A stretch of 64,000 nt of DNA from an uncultured delta proteobacterium (GTDB taxonomy: Bacteria > Myxococcota > Myxococcia > Myxococcales > Myxococcaceae). The notes under the pieces are model-generated. The model had not been told where the DNA came from. It saw only the letters and a list, made by a program, of their open reading frames with translations, and made no database searches. Where the stretch lies: NCBI GenBank assembly GCA_963796055.1, contig CAWCKH010000001.1, positions 96,001 to 160,000 of the forward strand. The letters run 5' to 3'. The position numbers and the translations under genes are program-made. This document shows positions 42,991-51,464 of this stretch, one piece after another (the first letter of the stretch is position 1; each line of letters begins with the position of its first letter).

Positions 42991-43827
42991 ATGGAGGCGG
43001 CGGCCCGGGCAGACCCGGCAGTGCTCGAGCGGCTCCGGGAGCGGATCCGGACCCTGCAGGCCGCGCCACGCCAGCTGCTCTCCGTCCTGCGGACGGGCCT
43101 GCCCCCGGTGGATGGGCTGTTGCCGGGAGGGGGATTTCCCCTTGGCCAGGTGGTGGAGCTCTGGGGAGAGCCTGCGTCGGGGCGGGCCCGGCTCGCCTTC
43201 CGCGCCATCGCCGAGGCCCACCGGGCGCTGCGGCTCGCGGCCTGGGTGGACGGGCCACGGACGCTCTACCCACCGGCGCTGCCGCCGCTGGGCGTCCGGC
43301 TGGAGCAGCTCCTCGTCGTCCGGCCTCCCGAGCCGAAGCAGCTGGCCTGGACCGCGCTCCAGCTGCTGCGGAGCGGCGCCTTCGCCGCGGTGGGCCTGGA
43401 CCTGACCCGGACCCCCGTCCGCCTGTCGCCGCCCGAGTCCCGCCGGCTGATCGAGGCCGCCAGCCGGAGCGGGGGGCTGCTCCTGCTCCTCACCCCGCCC
43501 GAGGCGCCCGCGGATGGGACGCTGCGGCTCCACGTCTCTGCCAGCGGGCCCCGTGGGATGCGCCTCGAGGTGGTCCGGAGCCGGCAGGGCGGAGCGTCGC
43601 GTACGGTGGAGGTGCCGTGGGGGCTGCTCACTCCGGGCGGTCCCTCCGACCTCGGCGCCGGGAGCCGTGGGCTGGACGCGCCGCCCGTGCCCACCTCGCC
43701 CTCCATGCCCTTCCGCCGGGTGCGCGCCTGCACCGTCCGCGACGGGCCCATCGGCATCCAGGGGCAGCGGCCGGGGAGAGACCTGCCGCTGCCCTCGTTC
43801 GCCCAGGCGCTGGGGGTGGGCGCGTGA
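42991..43827 (+). CDS. imuA: ImuA, RecA-like translesion synthesis accessory protein
   Basis: TGLPPVDGLLPGGGFP, degenerate Walker A GEPASGR, AWVD...LYPPAL, LRSGAF; SD AGGAGG. Confidence 0.9.
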   Translation: MEAAARADPAVLERLRERIRTLQAAPRQLLSVLRTGLPPVDGLLPGGGFPLGQVVELWGEPASGRARLAFRAIAEAHRALRLAAWVDGPRTLYPPALPPLGVRLEQLLVVRPPEPKQLAWTALQLLRSGAFAAVGLDLTRTPVRLSPPESRRLIEAASRSGGLLLLLTPPEAPADGTLRLHVSASGPRGMRLEVVRSRQGGASRTVEVPWGLLTPGGPSDLGAGSRGLDAPPVPTSPSMPFRRVRACTVRDGPIGIQGQRPGRDLPLPSFAQALGVGA

Positions 43828-45350
43828 GCCAGCGCGTCGTCTACGTGCACCTGCCGCGCTTCCCGGTGCAGCGCCGGGTGCTGGACGAGCCCGCGCTCGC
43901 CGGCCAGCCGCTGGCGCTGGTGCACGAGGCCAGGGGAGTTCTTCGAGTCTTCTTCGCCTCCGGCGTTGCCCAGCGCGAGGGCATCCGCGCAGGGATGACG
44001 CTCACCTCCGCCCGCGCACTCCTCCCGGCGCTCCGCGATGGGCTCTACGACGCGGTGGCCGAGGCGCAGGCGCTGTCCTCGCTCGCCGAGGGCTTCCTCC
44101 GCTTCGCTCCGGCCTTCATGCCCGCGGCGCCGGACGGGCTGTGGCTGGACGCCTCGGCGGCCTCGCTCTTCGGCGGAGAGACCGGGCTGGTGGAGAAGGT
44201 GGAGGCGCAGGCCCGGGCCGCCGGGTACCGGGCGCGGGTGGTGCTCGCCTCCGAGCTGTTCACCGCGCGGGCCCTGGCCCGGTTCGGCGCCGGGAGCCGA
44301 GTGTGCGTGGCCCCGGGCGACTCGGAGCGCGCGCTCGCCGCGCTGCCGCTCCAGGCGCTGGAGGACGCCCCGGACGTCGTCGCCTCGCTGCGAGCGCTCG
44401 GGCTGTCCACGCTCGGCGAGCTCGGAGCGCTGCTGCCCCCCCAGGTCATCTCCCGGCTCGGGGCGCAAGGGCTCCGCGCCCAGCGGCTGGTCCGCGGGCA
44501 GGACGAGGCGCGGCTTCTCCCGGCGGTGCTGCCCGAGGTGGTGGAGGAGGTGCGCACGCTGGAGGCCCCGGCCGAGGCGCTCGAGCCGTTGCTCTTCGCG
44601 CTCAAGGCCGCGCTGGATCGGCTCTCGGCCCGGCTCCGGGGGCGGCAGCGCGCGGCGGTGCGGCTGACCCTCACCCTGGTGCTCGAGCCCACCGGGCCGT
44701 ACCCGGTCCCGCTCGCCCTGGCCCGGCCGACCACGGATCCGAAGCTGCTGCTCGACCTCGTCCGCCACCGGCTCGAGTCGGTGCGGCTCGATGCCCCGGT
44801 GGCCACGCTCGTCGTCACCGTGGACGACTCCTGCGAGGACCGCGGGCGGCAGGGCGTGCTCGGGGACGCGCCGGCGGGGGACGCGGCGCTGGAGACGGTG
44901 CTGGCGCGGCTGGCCACCGCGCTCGGCCCGGAGGCGCTGGGCAGCCCGGTGCTGGCCGACGACCACCGCCCCGAGGCGGCCCATGCGCCCGGGGACTTCC
45001 GTCCCCCCCGGCGCGAGCCCGGGATGTTCGCCGAGGCACGGCGGGCCTCTCCTGCTCTTCCCGTCCCCCCGGACTGGCAGCTGGAGCGACCGGTGTGCCT
45101 CCTCGCCGGCGAGGGCGAGCCCATCGAGGTGGAGCTGGATGCGCTCGGGGCGCTCCGCTCGGCGCGCGTCCTCGGCAAGCGACGACGAGTACTGGCCGTC
45201 GCCGGGCCGGAGCGCCTCGGCGGTCAGTGGTGGAGCGCGGCGCCGTTCCAGCGGGACTATTACCGGGTGCACCTCGAGGGGCTCGGACCGGCGTGGGTGT
45301 ACCGGTGCGCGGTGAAGAGTCGGTTCTATCTTCACGGGCTGTTCGACTAG
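43824..45350 (+). CDS. imuB: ImuB, inactive Y-family polymerase
   Basis: GIRAGMTL, DGLWLD, C-terminal GPERL..QWW...RDYY; GTGA overlap with imuA. Confidence 0.92.
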   Translation: MSQRVVYVHLPRFPVQRRVLDEPALAGQPLALVHEARGVLRVFFASGVAQREGIRAGMTLTSARALLPALRDGLYDAVAEAQALSSLAEGFLRFAPAFMPAAPDGLWLDASAASLFGGETGLVEKVEAQARAAGYRARVVLASELFTARALARFGAGSRVCVAPGDSERALAALPLQALEDAPDVVASLRALGLSTLGELGALLPPQVISRLGAQGLRAQRLVRGQDEARLLPAVLPEVVEEVRTLEAPAEALEPLLFALKAALDRLSARLRGRQRAAVRLTLTLVLEPTGPYPVPLALARPTTDPKLLLDLVRHRLESVRLDAPVATLVVTVDDSCEDRGRQGVLGDAPAGDAALETVLARLATALGPEALGSPVLADDHRPEAAHAPGDFRPPRREPGMFAEARRASPALPVPPDWQLERPVCLLAGEGEPIEVELDALGALRSARVLGKRRRVLAVAGPERLGGQWWSAAPFQRDYYRVHLEGLGPAWVYRCAVKSRFYLHGLFD

Positions 45351-45363
45351 GAGGATCACCACC

Positions 45364-45828
45364 ATGGCGCGACCACTCGATCTCTCGACCGTTCCCGTCC
45401 GCGTCGGCTCGGGCTATCCGCCTCCCTTCGACGCGCCTTGCCTTGCACGCCGTCGCGAGCGTCTGGGCAAGGCCGCCGGTCTGACGCAGTTCGGGGTGAA
45501 CCGGCTCACGCTCCAGCCCGGCACCTGGTCGAGCCAGCGGCACTGGCACACCCACGAGGACGAGTGGGTCATGGTGCTCGAGGGCGAGGTGGTTCTGGTC
45601 TCGAACGACGGCGAGCAGCGGCTGGTCGCCGGCGACATGGTCGGTTTTCCGGCCGGCGTTCCCGACGCGCACCATTTCCAGAACCGGTCCGCCCGTGCGG
45701 CGATCCTCCTGGAGATCGGGACCTGCGCCGAGGCGGTGGACCAGACCGAGTACCCGGACATCGACCTCCGCGCCCGGAGCGATGGCTACGTCCACCGTGA
45801 CGGGACGCCGTACCCCCGGCAGGGGTGA
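45364..45828 (+). CDS. Cupin domain protein
   Basis: GLTQFGVN...SSQRHWHTHEDE...LEGE...AHHFQN...YPDID. Confidence 0.88.
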   Translation: MARPLDLSTVPVRVGSGYPPPFDAPCLARRRERLGKAAGLTQFGVNRLTLQPGTWSSQRHWHTHEDEWVMVLEGEVVLVSNDGEQRLVAGDMVGFPAGVPDAHHFQNRSARAAILLEIGTCAEAVDQTEYPDIDLRARSDGYVHRDGTPYPRQG

Positions 45829-45966
45829 AGCCGGACCCGCGGCAACGGCGCCGTCAGTGACGGGTGGTGTCCCACATCCGCCGAGGGTGACTCCCTCCGG
45901 CACGCGATCGTCTGACGCCGGTTTCAGGCCATCCCCGGCGGGTCGCGCTAGGCTGACCGCTCCTCC

Positions 45967-46773
45967 GTGGCCGCCGAACGCTCACGCCCTGCCGCTGCGT
46001 CGCGAACCGACAGCTCGGTCGAGCCGGTCCGGGAGCGGAGCTACGGCGAGGAGGAGGTCGCGACCATCCTCCATCGCGCCGCCCAGCTCGAGCGCGACCG
46101 GGGAAGCACGGGCGGTGTGCTCGCCCTGGAGGAGATCGAGGCGGTGGCCCGCGAGACCGGCATCGACACGGCGCTCGTCCGGCAAGCCGCGCGCGAGCTG
46201 GAGGAGGGGACGGGTGAGGGCATCGGAGCGACGATCGCCGGGGCCCCGCTCCGGCGGACGATCGAACGGGTGGTGCGTGGGGAGATCGGCGCCGAGCACC
46301 ACGAGCGCCTGGCCGCGGAGATCCGCGAGGTGCTCTCGTCCTCGGCGGTCGGGAGCCGCTGGATGCTCCCCGGCGGCATCTCCACCATCGGCCGGACCCT
46401 GACCCTTTCGGGGTTCACCGGCACGAGCGCGATCGAGGTCACGGTCGCGCCGCGCGACGGGAGGACGGTCATCCGCCTCGGCTCCGATCGCTCGCAGCTC
46501 GCCGGCGGTCTGTTCGGTGGCATCGTCGGAGGGGTGGGCGGCGGCTTCGGCGCGAACGTGGGGTGGATGATCCCGGCGCTGCTGCACCTGCCGTGGGTGA
46601 CCGGGCTCGCCGGGGCCGCGCTGGTCGTCTTCGGCGCCTACGCGCTGGCCCGGGGCATCTTCGTCACCAATGCCCGCGGCCTGGACCGGCGGCTGGAGGC
46701 GCTCGCCGACCGGCTGGAGGCCATCGCGCAGCAGGCGACAGAGAGGCAGTCACTGCCCTCCACCGGGCTCTGA
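45967..46773 (+). CDS. Hypothetical membrane protein
   Basis: N-terminal YGEEEVATILHRAAQL...EIEAVARETGID helical motif; C-terminal Gly-rich TM hairpin. Confidence 0.75.
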   Translation: MAAERSRPAAASRTDSSVEPVRERSYGEEEVATILHRAAQLERDRGSTGGVLALEEIEAVARETGIDTALVRQAARELEEGTGEGIGATIAGAPLRRTIERVVRGEIGAEHHERLAAEIREVLSSSAVGSRWMLPGGISTIGRTLTLSGFTGTSAIEVTVAPRDGRTVIRLGSDRSQLAGGLFGGIVGGVGGGFGANVGWMIPALLHLPWVTGLAGAALVVFGAYALARGIFVTNARGLDRRLEALADRLEAIAQQATERQSLPSTGL

Positions 46774-46800
46774 GCCATCGCGGGGCTGCAGCCCACGGCG

Positions 46801-46840
46801 CGGCCACCGCATGTCCGGCCACCGCATGTCCGGCCGCCGC
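46801..46840. repeat. 15-bp tandem repeat, about 2.6 copies
   Basis: CGGCCACCGCATGTC x2 plus CGGCCGCCGC. Confidence 0.8.
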
Positions 46841-46917
46841 CAGCCTTCCGGCTCATCGCCCGTCGATCGCGACCGGGGCGTTGCGCCGCGGCCGGGCGGC
46901 CGACATGCATGCGGACG

Positions 46918-47508
46918 ATGCCCCCGGATGATTCACTCCCGCGGCTCGGGCGCGTGCTCCTCGTCTCCTCGGACCCACTGGTCCGGGCGGGGCTCTCCGG
47001 GCTGCTCGGCGGCGCGGGCATCGCAGTCACCGTCGAGGCCGGCACACCGGTGGAGGCGGTGGTCTGGGACACCGCCAGCGCACCGCCGCCGGTTCTCGGC
47101 CCCGGGGGCCCTCCGGTGCTGGCGCTGGTGCACGGGGAGCAGGACGCCCGTGCGGCGCTGTCGGGAGGAGCGGCCGGGGCGCTGCTCCGGACGACCGATG
47201 CGCCCACCCTCCACGCGGCCTTGCTCGCCCTCGTACGCGGGCTGGTGGTGACCGAGCACGGGTTCACCTCGCTCCGGCCCGCCCCGGAGCCACGCCCGGC
47301 CGCAACCGCCGAGGCCTTCACCCCCCGCGAGCGTGAGGTCCTCGCCTTGCTCGCCCGCGGCCTGTCCAACCGCGACATCGCCGACGCGCTCGAGATCAGC
47401 GGCCACACCGCCAAGTTCCACGTGAATTCCATCCTCCACAAGCTGGGGGTGGAGCGGCGCACCGAGGCGGTGATCCGCGCCGCACGGATCGGGCTGGTCA
47501 CGCTCTGA
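46918..47508 (+). CDS. NarL/LuxR-family regulator with atypical receiver domain
   Basis: FTPREREVLALLARGLSNRDIA...TAKFHVNSILHKLG HTH; shortened receiver. Confidence 0.9.
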   Translation: MPPDDSLPRLGRVLLVSSDPLVRAGLSGLLGGAGIAVTVEAGTPVEAVVWDTASAPPPVLGPGGPPVLALVHGEQDARAALSGGAAGALLRTTDAPTLHAALLALVRGLVVTEHGFTSLRPAPEPRPAATAEAFTPREREVLALLARGLSNRDIADALEISGHTAKFHVNSILHKLGVERRTEAVIRAARIGLVTL

Positions 47509-47598
47509 GGCCCTTTCGGGACCTGCCCGGATGGGGAGGGCGCGGGACTCGCCTTCCGGGCGATGTGCGCGGACGACGGGCCTCGTAGCTTCTCCCCC

Positions 47599-48501
47599 AT
47601 GACTGCTCCTTCTCCGTTTGCCGCCGCCACCGTCCTCTCCGACGCTCTCGCCGCCGCCACTGCCCGCGTGGGCGAGGGGCTGGTCTCGGTCTCTGGCCGG
47701 CGCTGGCCCATCACCGGCATCGTCCAGGCAAAGGACCTGGTCCTGACCGCGGCCCATGCCGCCGACCGCGAGGACGGCCTGCGGGTCCACGCCGGGGGGA
47801 CCTGGCATCCGGCCCAGCTCGTGGGGCGTGACCCCGGCATCGACCTCGCGTTGCTCCGGGTGTCCGGGGCGAACCTCTCGCCGGTGACCTGGCTCGATCC
47901 CTCGCAGCGGCGCGTGGGCACCCTGGTGCTCGCGGTGTCGAGGCCCCGCGGCGCACTGCGGAGCCGCCTCGGCGTCCTCTCGGTCGTCGAGCCTGGCTTT
48001 CTCACCCCGTGGGGCGCGCGGGTGGACGCCACCCTCGACGCCGACGTGTCGACCCGGCCCGGGCTCGCCGGCGCGGCGCTGGCCGACGCGGAGGCGCGGG
48101 TGATCGGGATGTACGTGTCGGGTGGACCCCGCGAGCGCCGGGTGGTGTTGCCGGCCGAGACGCTGGCCCGCGTGACCTCCGAGCTGCTCGCCCACGGGCG
48201 GGTGCGCCGGGGTTACCTGGGCGTGGGCACCCAGCCGGTGCGGCTGCAGGGACAGGCCCGGGCCGCCGCCGGACAGCAGACCGGGCTGCTGGTGCTCTCG
48301 GTGGAGCCGGGCGGCCCGTCGGACGCGGCGGGCCTCGCGCTGGGGGACGTGCTCCTCGCGCTCGACGGCACGCCGATGGAGGACGTGCACGATCTCCTCG
48401 CCCGGCTGGCGCACGACGCGGTGGGCCGTTCGCTGCCGCTGAAGCTGCTCCGCGGCGGGAAGGTGGAGGAGCGCACGGTGGCGGTGGGAGTCCGGCCGTG
48501 A
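47599..48501 (+). CDS. HtrA/S1C-like trypsin+PDZ protein, catalytic Ser replaced by Ala
   Basis: LTAAHA, DLALL, RPGLAGAAL at the GxSGG position, RGYLGV PDZ; no signal peptide. Confidence 0.8.
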   Translation: MTAPSPFAAATVLSDALAAATARVGEGLVSVSGRRWPITGIVQAKDLVLTAAHAADREDGLRVHAGGTWHPAQLVGRDPGIDLALLRVSGANLSPVTWLDPSQRRVGTLVLAVSRPRGALRSRLGVLSVVEPGFLTPWGARVDATLDADVSTRPGLAGAALADAEARVIGMYVSGGPRERRVVLPAETLARVTSELLAHGRVRRGYLGVGTQPVRLQGQARAAAGQQTGLLVLSVEPGGPSDAAGLALGDVLLALDGTPMEDVHDLLARLAHDAVGRSLPLKLLRGGKVEERTVAVGVRP

Positions 48502-49403
48502 CCTCGTTGACCGAGCTGTCCGACGCGCTCCAGCAGCTCGTCTCGCGCGTCAGCCCGGCGGTGCTCGGCGTGGAGCAGGGCAGGGGCGCGGGGACGGGCG
48601 TGGTCGTGGCCCGTGACGGCTACCTCCTGACAAACCACCACGTCGCCGGCAGCGGCAGATCGCTGCGCATCCGGCTTCCCGGGGGCGAGACCACCAAGGG
48701 GGAGCTGGTGGGCTCGGACCCGGCGACGGACCTCGCGGTGGTGCACGTCACCGATGCGCCGCTGGTGCAACTCTCGCTCGCCGATCCGGCCTCGATCGCC
48801 GTCGGGCAGCTGGTGGTCGCCATCGGCAATCCCTTCCGCTTCGAGCGGAGCGTGTCGCTGGGCATCGTGAGCGCGCTCGACCGGAGCCTCCCCGGACCGA
48901 ACGGCACGCTCTTCGAGGGGCTGCTCCAGACCGACGCGGCGATCAACCCTGGCAACTCGGGCGGACCGCTGGTGAACGCCCGCGGGGAGGTGGTGGGCAT
49001 CAACACCGCCGTCATCCCCTGGGCGCAAGGAATGGGCTTTGCCGTGTCTGCGCGCACCGCCACCTGGGTGACCTCGGTGCTGATGAGCCGCGGGAAGATC
49101 GACCGCCGGTACCTCGGTGTCGCGGCGCGCAGCGAGCAGCTCTCCCCCGAGCTCGCCACGGCCACCGGTCAGCCCAAGGCGGTGCGCATCCTCCAGGTGG
49201 GAAGCGGGTCCCCCGCCGACACCGCGGGGCTCCGGCCCGAAGATCTCTTGCTCGGGGTGCACGGGGAAGCGGTGGGGAACGTCGACGACATCCATCGCCT
49301 CATGGTGACCCGTGGGTTGGAGGTGGTGCCCCTCGCGCTCTGGCGCCGGAACACCCGCGAGTTCGTCACCGTGGTCCCGAGCCGGGAACGACTCGCCGCC
49401 TGA
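48498..49403 (+). CDS. HtrA/S1C serine protease with PDZ domain
   Basis: LTNHHV, DLAVV, QTDAAINPGNSGGPL; GTGA overlap with upstream paralog; no signal peptide. Confidence 0.92.
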   Translation: MTSLTELSDALQQLVSRVSPAVLGVEQGRGAGTGVVVARDGYLLTNHHVAGSGRSLRIRLPGGETTKGELVGSDPATDLAVVHVTDAPLVQLSLADPASIAVGQLVVAIGNPFRFERSVSLGIVSALDRSLPGPNGTLFEGLLQTDAAINPGNSGGPLVNARGEVVGINTAVIPWAQGMGFAVSARTATWVTSVLMSRGKIDRRYLGVAARSEQLSPELATATGQPKAVRILQVGSGSPADTAGLRPEDLLLGVHGEAVGNVDDIHRLMVTRGLEVVPLALWRRNTREFVTVVPSRERLAA

Positions 49404-49524
49404 GCCCAGGGCGCCGCCCGATCTGCTCCGCCCCCGAGCAGCGGGCCGAGGCGGCGGCGTCGGTAGCCTGGGAAGACGTTCGGTTGATGCCGGGGCCGGT
49501 GGTCGATGGCAATCTCCGCCGACC

Positions 49525-51009
49525 ATGCCCTTCATCCGAGCCGCCCTCCTGTTCGGTACCTTCCTGGCCGGCGCCTCCCTGGCCGCGCAGGCCACGCCGT
49601 CCGATGCACGCACCGCGCTGAAGCGGCGTGCCGAGGGAGACACCCCGCTCGTCGCCGACACCTTCGAGCTCTGCAATCGGATCGGGGGACGCATCACCGG
49701 CACGCCGGCGCTGGACCGGGCGGTGCAGTGGGGTGTGGAGAAGTTCAAGGCCCTCGGTGTGGACTCGGTCGTCACCGAGAGCTACGCCGTACCGTTCCTC
49801 TGGCTGCCGGGCATGGTGGAGGTCACCGCGACGGCTCCCGAGCCCTTCTCGCTCCGCGCCGTGGCCGCGCCCGGAACGGCGTCGACCGGCGCGCCGGTCG
49901 AGGCCAGGGTGGTGGACGTCGGCGAGGGCCTGCCGGCGGACTGGGCCAGGGTGGGCACCGCGACCTCCGGTGCCATCGCCCTGGTCCACACCAAGGAGAT
50001 GAAGACCTTCGAGGATCTCTTCGCCGAGTACATGCGCGCCAGGCCGCTGCTCAAGGCTGCCATCGAGGCGCAGGTGAAGGGCCTCCTCCTGCAATCCACC
50101 CGGCCGCGGGGATTGCTCTACCAGCACCCGATGGTGCTCGGCCGGACGCCGGCCACCGTGCCGGTGGCGCTGGTCTCCCGCGAGCACGCCGACCGGCTCG
50201 CCCGGCTCGCCGATCGCACCGAGGTCCGTGTCCGGATGGACGTGGTGAACCGCATCGGTCCGTCCTTCGACGCCCTGAACGTCGTCGCCGAGATCCGCGG
50301 GAAGGAGAGGCCGGAGGAGGTGGTGGTGCTCGGGGCGCACCTCGACAGCTGGGCGCTGGGCACCGGCGCCGAGGACAACGGGGTGAACAGCGCGCTGGTC
50401 ATCGACGTGGCGCGGGCCTTCAAGGAGCTGGGCCTCCAGCCTCGCCGGACGGTGCGCTTCGTGCTGTTCACCGGCGAGGAGCAGGGCATGTGGGGCTCCG
50501 CAGGTTACGTCGAGCGACACAAGGCCGAGCTGGACCGGCACGCCGGCGTCGTCATCTTCGACATCGGCTCGGGGAGGACGCGCGGGTTCTACGTCAGCGG
50601 CCGGCCCGAGCTTCGCCCGGTGCTCGCGCGGGCCCTGTCCATCTACCCGGGGATGGGCCCCTCGGCGCACGCCCTGGACGGCCTCGACGGAACGGACAAC
50701 TTCGACTTCCTCTTGAGCGGAGTGCCCAACTTCGTCGCCGACCAGGACCCAGCGCCCTACCTGCCCGACTACCACGCCGAGTCCGACGTCCCCGGGCGGG
50801 TGAACGGCAAGGAGGCCCGACGCAATGCCGGGCTCGCTGCGACGTTGGTCTGGAGCCTGGCGAACTCTCCCAGGACCATTCCCAGGCGCCAGACCCGGGC
50901 GCAGGTGGACGCGCTGCTGGTCAAGACCAAGCTGGTGGAGCAGATGAAGGCGTTCAATCAGTGGGACGACTGGACGTCGGGGCGGCGCGGATTTCCGCCC
51001 GGCCCGTGA
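49525..51009 (+). CDS. Secreted M28 family metallopeptidase with PA domain
   Basis: Signal peptide; GAHLDSW, GAEDNG, FTGEEQG, GTD, YHAESD. Confidence 0.9.
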   Translation: MPFIRAALLFGTFLAGASLAAQATPSDARTALKRRAEGDTPLVADTFELCNRIGGRITGTPALDRAVQWGVEKFKALGVDSVVTESYAVPFLWLPGMVEVTATAPEPFSLRAVAAPGTASTGAPVEARVVDVGEGLPADWARVGTATSGAIALVHTKEMKTFEDLFAEYMRARPLLKAAIEAQVKGLLLQSTRPRGLLYQHPMVLGRTPATVPVALVSREHADRLARLADRTEVRVRMDVVNRIGPSFDALNVVAEIRGKERPEEVVVLGAHLDSWALGTGAEDNGVNSALVIDVARAFKELGLQPRRTVRFVLFTGEEQGMWGSAGYVERHKAELDRHAGVVIFDIGSGRTRGFYVSGRPELRPVLARALSIYPGMGPSAHALDGLDGTDNFDFLLSGVPNFVADQDPAPYLPDYHAESDVPGRVNGKEARRNAGLAATLVWSLANSPRTIPRRQTRAQVDALLVKTKLVEQMKAFNQWDDWTSGRRGFPPGP

Positions 51010-51020
51010 AGGAGGCGGTC

Positions 51021-51425
51021 ATGCGGTCCACGGCGTCGTGCGCAGTCCTCCTCGCCGCGGTGGTGACCCTCGGAGGAGCACGGGCCCAGAGCACCGGGGG
51101 TGGGACCGGCGGGACCACGGGCGCCACCGGGAGCACCGCCACCGGGAGCACCGGGCAGACGTCCCAGAGCGGGACGGCGGGGTCCGGCACAGCGAGTTCC
51201 CTCGACGCGGCGTCCCAGGCGGCAGCCCGCGCGCTCGGCATCTACAGGGTTCCCGGAGCTGCGCCGCTCGACGCCACGGGGGTGTACCGGGTGGACACCG
51301 GCAGTGCGGTGGGGCCCGCGACGGGGGCCTCCGGGAGCTCGGGCAGCGCGACCGCCGGGTCCTCGACCGGGACGGCCGGCAGTACCACGACGGGGGGCTC
51401 GAGCGCAGCCTCCACCGGGCCGTGA
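51021..51425 (+). CDS. Small secreted Gly/Thr/Ser-rich protein
   Basis: AAGGAGG SD, signal peptide ending ARA-Q, low-complexity body. Confidence 0.65.
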   Translation: MRSTASCAVLLAAVVTLGGARAQSTGGGTGGTTGATGSTATGSTGQTSQSGTAGSGTASSLDAASQAAARALGIYRVPGAAPLDATGVYRVDTGSAVGPATGASGSSGSATAGSSTGTAGSTTTGGSSAASTGP

Positions 51426-51435
51426 CCCTGGCCAT

Positions 51436-51457
51436 CTGAACGGGCGAGCAGTAGCGT
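51436..51457 (+). promoter_or_regulatory. LexA (SOS) box and adjacent -10 element upstream of dnaE2
   Basis: CTGAACGGGCGAGCAG at 51436-51451 (one mismatch to the Myxococcus consensus; first 11 nt identical to the imuA box), directly followed by TAGCGT. Confidence 0.75.
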
Positions 51458-51464
51458 CACCGGC

